DNA of 62,991 nucleotides, filler included, from Rhabdomonas costata (lineage: Eukaryota), in NCBI GenBank assembly GCA_019059605.1. It is 55 parts of 55 records of this genome, joined end to end, with 100 filler letters (N's around TTAATTAATTAA, not from the genome) between each part and the next. Parts side by side here need not be neighbours in the genome. Positions count along the whole stretch, not along the records: positions 49,326 to 50,369 come from JAHMHO010031502.1; positions 50,470 to 51,516 come from JAHMHO010031503.1; positions 51,617 to 52,663 come from JAHMHO010031504.1; positions 52,764 to 53,810 come from JAHMHO010031505.1; positions 53,911 to 54,955 come from JAHMHO010031506.1; positions 55,056 to 56,102 come from JAHMHO010031507.1; positions 56,203 to 57,249 come from JAHMHO010031508.1; positions 57,350 to 58,396 come from JAHMHO010031509.1; 47 more parts are not named here. One strand, given 5' to 3'. The notes under the pieces were generated by a model that saw nothing but the letters and a program-made list of their open reading frames with translations, searched no databases and was not told the DNA's origin. Made by a program: the position numbers and the translations under genes. Of the stretch, positions 50,243 through 62,895 are shown in pieces (positions within the stretch are counted from its first letter, which is position 1; every line of letters starts with the position of its first letter).

Positions 50243-53200
50243 GTCTGCTTGCCCCATTTGTTGTCCTGTAGATGAAAATCCTGGAAGGACTGAAGCAAAA
50301 GAGTTGTTTTTCCAATCGTGGCGGAAAAGGTGGAGGAACCACTTGTTCAGTTTCAAAGACCCCAACACCNNNNNNNNNNNNNNNNNNNNNNNNNNNNNNN
50401 NNNNNNNNNNNNNTTAATTAATTAANNNNNNNNNNNNNNNNNNNNNNNNNNNNNNNNNNNNNNNNNNNNACAACCACCAAGTGCGCGCTGACAAACTCCT
50501 CGAAGAGAATTCATGCTGAGTGGCTAAGCTGCATTAGAGCTGAAGAGGACTAATTATATAACTAAGCTTAAGGTTAGCTCTGCACGGAAACGGAAATTTT
50601 GTCTGCATTTCATTTGTCTGCAACATTTCTTAGAGTTGTTTTTTTTAATGTTTGTCTCTGATCTAACACGGTACGGTAGCGCATGTGACGATGAGCGAAG
50701 CTCCAGTTCACAGCTGCGCACTCACATAACGCCTCAGTTTCCCACCCGACAGAAAGAAGAACGTTTTATCCATGAAACCACCGCCTATGCACGTCAACGA
50801 CGAACTTTCAGCTCTGTGCGCCACGCGTTTTCTGTCCTTCACTTTCCCCATTATTTTTTGTTTGCTGCTCACCATCTGCCAACAGACTGTTCACGAAACC
50901 GTGGTGATCCCGTGTCATCCATTATTCTTCATAAGCAACAGACGAACGTACTATTGCACAAGAAGCACAACGGAAGCTCAGGGATGTCAAAACCACCACC
51001 TTAGTTACATATCCTCCCCCACCATTCGACCATCTGGCCCTTCTTCTGAGAACTTGGTGCAACACAACAGAACAGAACGGTACTACCACGCTAGTGAAGG
51101 TTCCAACGGTTCCGCAAAGGAAAGAAAATTGGCCGAAGTCAAGCGGTAGAAAGAAAAAAGAGCTGAGCTGACAGAGGGAGAGAGGGGACAAAAAAAGGCA
51201 ACCAAACTACCCGAAATAACAACGCTCATGAGATTGCCGAACAGTGTGGCCCCAACGGGACGATCCCGACGGTCATTATCAGAAAATAATGGAGGAAACC
51301 AGAAAAAGCCAAGAAGTTGGAAAATGCATGCAACGCAGAAACCCCAGTCTTTGAGACTCAGCGTGCCACAGCCACGCCGAAGACACTCGCGGAAGCGCCC
51401 TTCCGCAGGACTTCAGCAACAGCGGGCATCGTCAGGGACCAAACCACCCATACACATACAAAAGAGCCAAAACGCCAGAAAGCCCTTTTGTCGTGACTCA
51501 TGGTCACCACCCAACCNNNNNNNNNNNNNNNNNNNNNNNNNNNNNNNNNNNNNNNNNNNNTTAATTAATTAANNNNNNNNNNNNNNNNNNNNNNNNNNNN
51601 NNNNNNNNNNNNNNNNAAATCCCAGAAATGGGGGGGAAGGGGCATGTTGTTCCCTTGCACGCGCTGTTTGCTGTGATTTTTTTCTTGTATACAAAAGCTG
51701 CTCTGTGGAAAAACATCTTTTCCCTCCTCTCTGGCGTTGCCCCCCTTCCGTTGTTAGCTGTGCACTTGCGAGGTGAATACTGCACCTGGCTCTGTTCGGT
51801 TTGCTTTCAGTTGGTAGCACTAAAAAACAATTCTAGAAGCAGAAAATGTGAATGGTGTTTAGTGCCCCCAGATTAGTGTTCCCTCCCTCCCAAGAAAGCC
51901 CGCAATCTGACAACTGAATCCATGCGAACCAGGTGGATGTCTCCCATTGTTCTTAGAGGGCGAAGCAGAGTAGGCGTGGGGTCTTGTGGATATTACATCT
52001 TTGGAATCTCTGGAATCACCACTCAATGAATGGCCAGGGTTGCACCGAATTCCTCGAATTCACGGTTCCTCCGGAACGTTTCCTTCTCTTGCCCAAATCG
52101 GTACTTCACACACTGCACATTCACCACGTCACGGCTGCATGAGTGCAGCAAGCCGCGAGGGCTCAAATTATTGCTGCGTTTTTTTGTTCTCTCCTCTTGT
52201 CCCCTCTTCGTTCTCATATTCTCCTCTGGATTTTTTCGTGCGATTTTAAGTGATTGGGTTTGTCTGTTGTAGTTGTCATTAAACGTATATGTCCCATTCT
52301 CAATTCTCCATCATCCGTTGATTTTTCTGTTTTTAGACCACCAGCCCTCCCATCCTCCCCGTGCTGCACGACTTGAAGCAGTGCGCAAGTCTTGTCGCGG
52401 CCCACGCTCAGCAGGGGGTATGTCACAGGGGAATAGCTGGAGAAATTGTGCATGCGTGTGCGTGTGGCGATGTGTCATCTTGGCTACAGTGTATTCGATG
52501 CGCCCTCATACTCAGTACCTGTTGGAACACTTCGGGAATTCCTTTTTTGCCAGGCCAGCAAGTTCCAAAAGGCCTGAAAAGCCAGGAAAAAAGGATCCGG
52601 ATCCGGATAAAAAGCCCAATAACCGAAGCGAAGTGCGTCTGAACGCCCCACACCCCCCAAAAANNNNNNNNNNNNNNNNNNNNNNNNNNNNNNNNNNNNN
52701 NNNNNNNTTAATTAATTAANNNNNNNNNNNNNNNNNNNNNNNNNNNNNNNNNNNNNNNNNNNNCCGCTCTCCCCCGGCTGGTTTCCTACGAATGTTTCCT
52801 GCACATTTATCTGTGGTCTTTTTGTGGTGACCCAACCTGTCTTCTCTAGAGTGTTGCCTCGGGAGCAACATGTGGAGGCTTCCCTGTATGAGCATCTTGG
52901 CTGCGCATCAGGGGTGGGGACATGCTTGCTTTCTCTTGCTTTTCCTCCCTCTGTGCACCCCGTTTCCTTATCTGTCTGTTTCCTGACTTACCTGGTGCCC
53001 TGTCGAGCTCTGAGTTGTTTTTTTCTCTCGGCGGGAGGCGCTGCAAGCTTTGTGGATGCTTCCTATCCATCCGTCGTGAAAACTGTGCCTACCCGTGCAC
53101 ATATGCATCACCCTCCCTCTTCTCGCTCCTCAGGTGCGACGGAGCCAGCCGATACTGCCCTCGCGATTCCAAGCAGACCGCGGGTTTCATTTGCCGCTCC

Positions 53201-53458
53201 GCGGTTGGAACCTGGTAAGCCCCCGTAGGCCCGTAGCGCGACTTAGCGACTTTCTCTGAAACTGGATGCGACTGCGGGTTGTGCGATTCCTGCGAAGATT
53301 ATCTGGGCTAAGAGAAGCCCGATGGGTCATATCCCTCATTGGATGGTTTCGCCTTCGTTTGGCACACTAAGCCAATTGGCTGCCCTAGCCCTTCGGTTTC
53401 GGGAAACCTGAATGTTTGTTTCTCCCCTTGTCTCTGAGCTTGTTCGTTCTTTGTTCAG

Positions 53459-53810
53459 TGACGCAAGTGAGAGCTGTGATGGACTTACCGACTTCTGCCC
53501 GAAGGACGTCCCCATGCGCCGCGACTACGTCTGCCGTGCTGCTGGAGGACTCTGCGACGGTGTCCCCCCTCCCTCCCTCATTCCCTTCCTCCACTATTGC
53601 ATCTCGCAGTCTGATTGTTGGCCTAACAGTGGCTTTAATTTTTAATTTATTTTCGATATCAATATCACAACAACTCGCGGTGCCACTTGTGCCCCTCCTT
53701 CCAGTTGCGGAAAGCTGCGATGGCTTCACTTTCGAATGCCCACTCGACGAGAAGGTCTCCAACGGCACGGTCTGCCGCAACGCCTCCGACGTCTGCCAAC
53801 ACCCACACAC
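53459..53810 (+). CDS. Disintegrin-like Cys-repeat protein; exons 53459-53559 and 53705-53810
   Basis: DASESCDGLTDFCPKD...VCRAAGGLCD|VAESCDGFTFECPLD...GTVCRNASDVC: CR.A.G.CD.AE.CDG....CP.D repeat; the phase-1 intron restores the frame. Confidence 0.75.
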
Positions 53811-55378
53811 NNNNNNNNNNNNNNNNNNNNNNNNNNNNNNNNNNNNNNNNNNNNTTAATTAATTAANNNNNNNNNNNNNNNNNNNNNNNNNNNNNNNNNN
53901 NNNNNNNNNNGTTGGTGGTGAGCATATGCGTGCCGTGGACCTTAATCACTGCAGACAATATGAGTCAAGTGGAAAGGTCCACTCTGTTGCAGGGCATGAT
54001 GAAAACTCGCTGTGTCATCTCAGAGAGCTCGACAAAAATGACAAACCCTTCCTTTTGGGTGTCTGCTGAAATGCCACCTGACGCCATCTGACGCCAACCG
54101 AATCTTTCAGGCAGGCCATTGTGTCAGAGCCATATCTGGGATTGTTTTTCCTCGTTCACCTTTCGCTGTTGGCCCAAGTGGCTGGAAATGTCGTACGTCC
54201 CTCGTTTAGAAACTGTTTCGGTGAGTGAGACCCCTGCAGTGACTGGAATTTGAGTAGCTGTTTTGCAGCAGCGCAATCTGACGCCATCTGACGCCACCTA
54301 AATTTATTTGTTCGGCAGACACCGTTTTCCAATTGCTCGATTTGCGGAATATGGTACAGGGCTGCATATACGAGTAGACGCGAGGTAAAACCAGAAACAC
54401 AGCATTGCCCGCCGACCAATGAGGGCAAAACCAGGGCACATTGCCGCAAGATAACATCAGCAAAACGAGACACTGTTTGAACATTAACCGATGCTTTCAG
54501 CGAAGCAGGTGCACGAGTCGTCCACCACATAGAAATCAATATGCCCTTTGGACCCCCTCCACCTCTTCGGTGCATACCCTGGTACTGCACGGCTTCGAAA
54601 AACAAGGACACCGCCTTGAGAGCCACCAGGGCAGCTGCAAACGAGCGGGTGAAGAGGAAATCAAGGCAAGCACTTTGGCACTGGCCCCAGGCAGTATCGC
54701 ACTCGCAGATGCAGAGTATGCCATTCAATGGTATAATCTTTTCAAGAAGTGACAGAAAAAATTATCCACAAGTCAGAGGAGGGCAAAAGGGCACCACAAG
54801 CTAATGGGGCAAATTGAACAAACCGGCACAAGTGCTTGAGATTTGTTCGCTTCGCCATTTTTCCATTTCAACCAGTAATGACATTTAAGCCCGACCACAA
54901 AAGCTAAATGGGACGTTTTTTTTGTGGACGGTGAACCGAACGCACACCCCAACAANNNNNNNNNNNNNNNNNNNNNNNNNNNNNNNNNNNNNNNNNNNNT
55001 TAATTAATTAANNNNNNNNNNNNNNNNNNNNNNNNNNNNNNNNNNNNNNNNNNNNGGTGTTGGGTGGTAAAATATGTCTGGTGCTGGCTTAGCACAGTTG
55101 AAATTGTTCTGTAGTGAACTTGCAAAGGTCAGCTGTGAAAGACCACCAAGGACTAGCCTCACCGGAAGAATTTATGCCATAAACTATCACGAAGGGGCGG
55201 TCTCCTAATATCGTCTAAGAGAGTCTTTTTTGGTGGTCAGGGCTTCCCGGTCCGCTGAGAAGCAGTATCGTCCGCTTTTTAGAAAACTCGTCGGCTTCAG
55301 GTACGGAAATGCACCAGACAGGTGGGCTATGGGTTTGCGTGTTTTGTTCGTTTCCCTTTTTCGCGTTCCTTTCACACG

Positions 55379-56075
55379 ATGCTTCGCGGGGCACTGCGCG
55401 GGGTTGTGCTTGGGGTGCCGCGAGTGTTTGCCGCGCAGTGGGCTGGGTCCCGGGGCTACTCCACCACCACCACGAAGACCCCGGTGCCGATGCGGTTTGT
55501 GACGGCCACCAGCCTGTTCGATGGCCACGACGCCAGCATCAACATCATGCGCCGGCTGCTTCAGGAGTGCGGGGCGGAGGTGGTGCATCTGGCCCACAAC
55601 CGCTCCGTCGACGAGGTCATCCACGCTGCCCTGCAGGTATGGCTGAAGATCCTCCCTCCCCTCTTCCTCTTCCCACTGCTGCTAAACTCCGACGTGCCGG
55701 CGCCATTCGCCCGGTCCCAAATCGGACTGACCCCCCTGATGCGCCATTTCTTTTTACGGATAGCCAAGCCGTTTTCTTGATTTTTAATGTCGGTTGTCCC
55801 CTTCCGAAGATTAAAAAAGACTGAGCACAATACCGCCTTGGGCGAGTTTTTCTTCTTCCCCAGTGGATCTTGCTTTGGTAATGCGGTGCACACCACGGGG
55901 AACAGAAGAACCAGAGGAGATTCTGCTTGATATGAAGGGAACTGTCTGCAAAGGCTGTCGTCCTTCTTCACGTCGGCTGCAATCGAGTCCCTCGTGTCTT
56001 CGCCTGTTCTCAGGAAGATGTGCAGGGGGTGGCGATCAGCAGCTACCAGGGTGGGCACATTGAGTACTTCCAGTA
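55379..56075 (+). CDS. icmF: IcmF-type fused isobutyryl-CoA mutase, N-terminal B12-binding domain, with N-terminal presequence; exons 55379-55636 and 56014-~56072
   Basis: Spliced [68 protein letters not shown] closely matches the IcmF N-terminus. Intron 55637-56013 is gtatgg...tctcag, phase 0. Confidence 0.88.
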
Positions 56076-56220
56076 CTTGGACCCATTTTTGCCCTATTTA
56101 TGNNNNNNNNNNNNNNNNNNNNNNNNNNNNNNNNNNNNNNNNNNNNTTAATTAATTAANNNNNNNNNNNNNNNNNNNNNNNNNNNNNNNNNNNNNNNNNN
56201 NNTGTTGGGTGTGTTGGGTT

Positions 56221-56716
56221 TTTTGGGTCTGGTTCCAGAACCAGCTGCAATCCGACAGGCCTCTTAGGTTCTACTGGACTTTCCTCCTGCTCTTTCTCCG
56301 GCGGAGGTAACGGAAGGGTGTCCATCAGCGCGGAAGCCCGCCTGAAGCCTGCCAAGTCCATGGGGGGTGACGAGTCACCCTCCACAGCTGCGCCACTTTG
56401 TGGCAAGGCCTTTTCCTCAGAGCTTTCGGGCACAGCACCAAGCAAATCACCGCTGCGGTGTCTCTTTCGTAAGGGGGGCTGGGCCGTTTCCCCGAACGAG
56501 CCCAGCTGAGAAGGGACTCGGTATACCCGCGCCTTGGCCGTGGCCAAGGCCCGCGAGGTCGCGGGCAGAAACATCCACTCCGGGGGCGGAGGGAGCCAGG
56601 AGGCGGGCACGGCTGGAGCCCGCAGCAGGGTGTCGAAGTACTGGTAAAACCCCACGCAGTCCGTGCTGTGCAACAGCTGCACCAGGCTGCGTAGGGTGCG
56701 CAGGTCCTCGACAAGC
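56221..56716 (-). CDS. ERCC4: DNA repair endonuclease XPF/ERCC4 (Rad1) exon
   Basis: LVEDLRTLRSLVQLLHSTDCVGFYQY...EWMFLP...AKARVY...LVLEPDPK parallels XPF LV.DL..LR.LL..L..YDCV.F...WLFL...ARARVY...VLE.NPKW; tatag acceptor. Confidence 0.85.
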
Positions 56717-57139
56717 CTATAACCCCAACCAAAGCCTGCAACCCAGCGGCAAACAGGTTAGCTCGATGCAGATAAGTTTTTGCAGAATACCGTAAAGGTA
56801 TTAATGATGGATTATTAAAAATAATGGATCGGATTATTAATGGTTCAATGACGGATTTCGCATTGGAGAAAAATAATGGAACAGCAAAAAAATGGCTCAA
56901 GGAAGGTGTCAAGGGGGCTTGGAAACAGCAAAATAAATGGACCATCAAATAATAATCGATAAATTCCACGCTGATCCAATGATCCATTATTTGTACTCAT
57001 CCGTCAAAAAAAAATAAACGAAAGGAACTAAAATCTCGACTTTTAAAAAAGAACCAGAGGGCGACGCTGATGCCTGACATCTTTTTGAACAAAAGCCGTG
57101 GTGTATGTGTATGTGCGTGTTGGCGCATTGCGCGCTGGC

Positions 57140-57249
57140 TGTAGCCTGGATGACTGGTTGCTTGGTTGTTGGTGACCACTGTGGACTGACTGGCGCACGC
57201 GCTGTTGTCCATGGGTGCTCGCGAGAGCTGTTGGAGCGGTGCCGTTCAC
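57140..57249 (-). repeat. Dispersed repeat, copy 2
   Basis: Reverse-complement match to 44514-44625 with several substitutions. Confidence 0.85.
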
Positions 57250-57595
57250 NNNNNNNNNNNNNNNNNNNNNNNNNNNNNNNNNNNNNNNNNNNNTTAATTA
57301 ATTAANNNNNNNNNNNNNNNNNNNNNNNNNNNNNNNNNNNNNNNNNNNNCAACTTCAGATGGGGTGGGGTGGGGGGAGGAATTCCGCAGCCTACAATCTA
57401 TTTGTGCGAAAGAACCAGCGCAGCCTCGTCTCAACATCAAGTTTGTATGGCATCAGTTCGATGAAAAGGATACCTCTTGTGCATCGCCCATGCATCAATG
57501 CATCACAAAAGCTACAAGCCGAAATACTTTCATATCGTGAGGGCGAACACGAAGAGTTTGGAAAAGTGTGGGTGTCAGGGAATTGGGCCACTCAC

Positions 57596-58046
57596 CTTCC
57601 ATCGTTGGCGACGATATCCCCACTCTGCATGCGATGAGGGCAAGCGCGCGTGTGCGTGTCGTGTAAGTGCGAAAACCGTGACCCATTATTGTACACGAAG
57701 TTGAGGGGGAGGGCGTTCCTAACTTCGGAACCACCCTTGGATCGCGAAAACTCTGGCTCAGGCCGCTTCGTTTTCTCGCTATCTTCCGCTTTCCGCGAAG
57801 AAAGCCTACTTAATTCGGTGCCCTACAAAGAAAGGGATTTTGTATGGACCACTAAGATCGCTGTGTGACGTCAAACCTTATGCGTGAATGGATGCGCGAG
57901 GGAATCAATGCATGAGGTTTCAGATGCGAGCAGGGGTCTGATGGGTGAGGTGGGAAAGACCTGCACCAGCAACCCAGGCACGATACGGTGGAAGCGAGTG
58001 CCCTTGTAGTGCAGCGGTAACCCACGGCGGCAAGTGCCACGCTCCC
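57596..58046 (-). CDS. Cyclophilin-type PPIase; exons 58046-57961 and 57624-57596
   Basis: GERGTCRRGLPLHYKGTRFHRIVPGLLVQ|SGDIVANDG matches GE.G....G..LHYKG..FHR..P.F..QGGD....G. Confidence 0.85.
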
Positions 58047-59838
58047 CTATTTTGTATTTTTGGATTATGTCCGTTGCCCACACCTCTCTCAGAGACGGGG
58101 CCAAAATTTTCTTTATCGTTCTTATGCGATTATTTTCCCCTTACCTCCGTCGAATTTCCTTGGGGTGACATTAGGTGGTGCTCGAGGAACAAAAACGATT
58201 TGATCTCTTCGAACGAAGAGGTCAACCGATCGTGAGACCAAAGTTCGATTTCCTCCACATGTTAGGGAGTTTTTACCACGTTTTTCTGGTATGCGCTCGA
58301 TTTTATGCCTGCTGCGCTTACAAATAGATTTTTGTTACAGCCAAAAGCAGGTACGAATGTGGAAAGAGTGACAAAAATCCACGAATCCGACCCAAANNNN
58401 NNNNNNNNNNNNNNNNNNNNNNNNNNNNNNNNNNNNNNNNTTAATTAATTAANNNNNNNNNNNNNNNNNNNNNNNNNNNNNNNNNNNNNNNNNNNNTTTG
58501 TTGTTGGCTCGAATGATGCTTGCTCATGGCCCAAGCACCTGTGGGTAGTGACCATTCTGATAGTGATCGCTCCTCACTGCCGCAACCCACAACCATCCGC
58601 GCGCACACACGCATACACCGTTCAAGGGATGTTTGTTCTTCCCAGCCTCCCCAGCCTCCTCCACTGGCTCAGTACTATCGGGACCGAGCGTGAAGTCCAA
58701 AGTTGAACATTAGCGGAACTCATGCGAGCACGGCGTTGACTGTGGGTCTCGCATCGGCTGCTGTGTGGGTTCGCCTGTCAGCCTTGCCAAAGTGTTTGGA
58801 GACATGCACGCACCCGCTCTCTTCTCCCACCTTTCACTTTGCTGCCGTCGCGAGCACGCGACATCTCAACACCTCGACCGATGCATTGTTTTAGGCAGTG
58901 CCCCGCATCCTTTCGGCGGCGGCTGGGGGCCTACGCCAAGCTTCACAACTCCATGGATATGATGCGGGCCGCTGTGGCCACGGTCTACGACGAGAAAAGG
59001 TCCGGAGCGCGGGAGGGGAAACACGAACGGTGGCAGTGAGATGCGGTGGGGAGCTTTTGGAAGCTGTCCCGAGCTTGTGCGATTTTTGCTGCAGAGCTTG
59101 CCGGCTCTGACTTTGTTTCCACACAATACTTTGTGTGTTAGCAACGTGGCGTCACCGCTGTGAGAACTCCTAACATGTGCCCCAAGGAATAAATGCCTGA
59201 ATTCTGAGGAGGAAGCAACGTTATACAGTTGTGCTTGCTATTTTCGCGTTTTTCTTGGAACAGCCCAGTGTACTGAATAAGTCTCTCTTTAAGAAACAAG
59301 CAGCGGTCAGCATTTGCCGAGCCTTGGTCTTGCTGCAGAACCTGTTTTATTGAGTTCCCATTCCCGGAGCGCTTTCCTGCGGTTGCAGTCACTTTTCCTT
59401 CACTCGAAACCGGGTTCAGGGCATCTCTCATCAGATTGGCTTCTTTTTGCGCAGAGAGAAGTTCCGTCTCCAGTACTCGGCCAGCCAGGCCGAGTACTGG
59501 AGACGGAACTTCTCTCTGCGCAAAAAAAACCCAACCAACAACCNNNNNNNNNNNNNNNNNNNNNNNNNNNNNNNNNNNNNNNNNNNNTTAATTAATTAAN
59601 NNNNNNNNNNNNNNNNNNNNNNNNNNNNNNNNNNNNNNNNNNNTTTTTGTGTTGGGTGGATTTGAATTGTTTTCGTTTGCAAATTGCGAGAGGGAGAGAG
59701 GGTGCATCAGAACTGGAATGCTCTCAACCCGCGAAGGGGCTGCCATTCTGGATGTTTGATGGTCATATTTGAGATATGTGTCATCTTTGAGCATTCTTCG
59801 TCTTCCCTCGACGCTCTATTGGGTTGCAGTGCACATAG

Positions 59839-59987
59839 GATTGATCTCTGGAAGCGGTATCTGGGAGGACGGTCAATTTGATGTCACGGACCAGATGCGC
59901 CCGGTTTTTGAGGACCTGATCCGGCGCTCCAGTTCCCACTACCCCACCTGTGGTGAAGTCCACGTTGGGGACGTGGTCATTCAGCAG
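59839..59987 (+). CDS. Internal exon of unidentified protein
   Basis: catag acceptor and cag|gtgagt donor around the open frame LISGSGIWEDGQFDVTDQMRPVFEDL...VVIQQ. Confidence 0.4.
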
Positions 59988-60796
59988 GTGAGTTGAGTAG
60001 TGGATTGAGAAGAATGAGCGTCAGATCTTTTCGCTTTTATCAGCCGTGTCATGTATGTTAGGAGCAAAAGTAGTCTATCCCACTGCCCACACAAAATGCG
60101 AAAGGTACGAGAACGCGTCGGCAACATCCACCGTGGACAAATTAGAACTAGATCTATCGAGTAAGAGGAAGGAATATCGGGCAGACTTCATCGTTCGAAT
60201 AAGCACTTGAAAACGTGAGTTTGAGCGTGTTCAACTTTTCGGGGTGTTACCTGCGTTAATTTTTTCTTAGTTTTCTTATCCTGACACATTTCCGGTTGTT
60301 GTTGGTATTTCTACCTTTTAGCCAGACCCCTAGAAGTTTTTGTGATATCATTTGACAAATCTAGAAAAGCACCCATCGGCTTTCCAAGGTCTTTTTGATG
60401 ACAAGGAAGTCGTCAACAATCGTGTTTGAAACCACTGTTGTACGGTATGTATGGACTGCTCGTGATAGTCGCACCGTTTGCCTGGCGGTCACCATAGGAA
60501 CCGGTAACAAACCGGACTGCTGCATTTTCAAGTGAAATGGAAATTCGTTTGGCACTGATGCATGATGTATTCATGCTGCGCACTAATAGAATTTGCAAAG
60601 AACAGCAACGCGTTCAGTAGTACTCCTAGCGCTCCATTCTGAACAGGTGTTCCGCATCCAGAATCAGGTTGTGCAGCAGGAGTACCACAACCCCCCNNNN
60701 NNNNNNNNNNNNNNNNNNNNNNNNNNNNNNNNNNNNNNNNTTAATTAATTAANNNNNNNNNNNNNNNNNNNNNNNNNNNNNNNNNNNNNNNNNNNN

Positions 60797-61345
60797 ACTC
60801 ATTCAAGTGCCATCAATCCACCAGAACTACGAGCTCATCTACCTGGGGGCGCCGCTGACATCTGGTCCCAACCACGCATCCGACGCGGCCCCCAAACGCT
60901 GTCACAGTGTCTCGCAAGCGGTCCGGCGCATGGCCGTGCAGTTCCCCCGCCAGGCACTGGAAATTCTCAACGCCTGCCTTGGTCCCTGTCGGATTCAGCA
61001 CATCGCACAGGAAATACCAAGCGATGAGTGGCCGGAATCAACGACAACACTGATGCTGAACGAGGGCATGGACACGCTCAAGACCATCATTGGGCTTCCG
61101 CTCACCACGGAAGCACGCCTGCAGGCCAGCCTCGGCAGAAAACACGGCAGACTGGGACAAATGCTCACCAGTCACAATTCTAAACGGTAAAGCTTCCCGG
61201 ACTCAACAGTAACACTGATGCGGTATGATGGCATGTGCACTCTCCAGACCATCATAGGGATTCCGCTCACCACGGCAGCGCGCCTGCAGGCCAGCACCGG
61301 AAGAAGAAGTCCATGTCGTGTTAAGCACATTGCACAGGCAATACA
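60797..61345 (+). mobile_element. Degenerate CRE-like non-LTR retrotransposon thumb region with internal duplication
   Basis: YLGAPL...ILNACLGPCRIQH...LKTIIGLPLTTEARLQASLGRKHGRLG; the TIIG.PLTT.ARLQAS segment is repeated at ~61245-61300. Confidence 0.6.
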
Positions 61346-62688
61346 AAGTGACAAGTCAGTCCCAAAACTATTACAGTTATTGCCCCACTGGTGGGAGACA
61401 CTCGCTCACACATCTGCCAAAAAGGAACTTGGTAAAAGCAAGAATAATGTGGGAATTTCTTTGATTTTGCGAGGATTTAGAAACTGCAATGGTTCTGATG
61501 TATTTTTGAGCTTCTTTTGGAGGAAAGGAATGCGCGTGCTGTTAAGTTGGGTATTTTTGGAAACAACACACGACACACTGACGAACAGTTGTCTGTACTG
61601 GATGAGGAAAGGCGTTGTTATTAGAGAGGGAATGGAGAATAAATGGATTTCCGAGTCCTCCATTACTGTTTGATGTTTGCTTTTTATGTTTGTTTGCGTC
61701 CTCTCTTATTTTCCGCGACCGACGCGGAAATACTCTGTTTCGACTGTGTTTTCGTAGCCTTTTCTGTTCTCACCACGGAAGAGGAAACACAAGACGCCCG
61801 AGATATGCCTGCTTTCGAATTCCTCATTCAGTTTTGTGTGCCCANNNNNNNNNNNNNNNNNNNNNNNNNNNNNNNNNNNNNNNNNNNNTTAATTAATTAA
61901 NNNNNNNNNNNNNNNNNNNNNNNNNNNNNNNNNNNNNNNNNNNNGTGGTGGGTGTGGGTGGTTGGTTGGGGCTTGCAAACGTTTCGTGTCAAGTGGTGTT
62001 TTTTCTCAGGGTTCTTCCTGCGCAGCGTTTTCTGGAGCTCGTGGACCATCCGTTAGTGCCACACCATACCTGCACCCCTTTTTTTGTTTCTGTCCATCCT
62101 CCCAGTCCCTGTTCTTTTTTCCTCGCAACAATGCACTATCTTGCCGCGAACAACCGCTTCCCTCCCCTTGCCTCGCCCTTCACTTCTCTGTCCTGTTTGC
62201 TGTTGTTGTGTTTCTTGTTTCCTGTTTGTAATGCTGGCATACTATGTGGTGACACAGTACCATGGTTTTCGCACGCAGACTTTCATTTGTGCAGTCCGCG
62301 CAAGAAACTGCAGAAGGCCTGGGGGGCAATGCAGGCTTCCACCCCCCCCCATTTGCAAGGTGTTGCTTTGCCTTTGTGTTCTTCGTTTTTTTGTGCTGCA
62401 CAGTTGTGGAGATAGCGACGACACCTGCGGCAAGCCCCTCAGTCCAGGCAGAAGCCATCGCCCCCGACGAGGAGGTCCCCGTTGGTATGCACCCACCCAC
62501 CCATGCACTCCCCCTCGCACTCGTAGCCCCGTAGCGCAACTTCCGCCGGTCCAAACCGGTTAGAAGCGTGGCACGATGCCACTACTGTGGTTAATGCGTT
62601 TGCAGGATTAGGTGGATGTAGATTTCAGTGCTCGAGGTGTTCTGCCACGCGGCCCGCGCTTGCTTCTGATTTGTGTGCGCTTGCCAGT

Positions 62689-62895
62689 GATGCGCCCGCC
62701 GAAGTCAGTGCACGCGGACGACGAGGAGCTGACCCTGGAGGACGAGATTGTGCTGCTGCAGGACCAGATCTCCGCAGTGAAGGAGCAGTCTGCGCGGCTG
62801 CGCGAGATCAGCCGCGCCCTCCGCGCCCAAGTTATGGAGATCGAGGAAGAGAACCAGGGCATTGCCATCATTCACCTTCCGCCGGAATCCGCAAG
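62689..62895 (+). CDS. Coiled-coil protein exon
   Basis: MRPPKSVHADDEELTLEDEIVLLQDQISAVKEQSARLRE...; heptad pattern and GC3-rich codons. Confidence 0.4.

Noticed and set aside
55056-57249. Apparent adjacency of icmF and XPF (or of any neighbouring genes) as a cluster
   Set aside because: They are separate contigs joined artificially; order carries no biological information.
58894-58999. Possible ELMO-domain exon
   Set aside because: Splice sites are plausible but the peptide similarity is too weak to call.
59444-59527. 40-bp perfect hairpin with 5-nt loop
   Set aside because: At the contig end followed by a C/A primer remnant; artefact.
1049-61944. Regularly spaced TTAATTAATTAA with ~1.05 kb unique 'spacers' (CRISPR-like or repeat-array appearance)
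   Set aside because: Synthetic six-frame-stop linker embedded in Ns; the regular spacing reflects contigs of nearly equal length.
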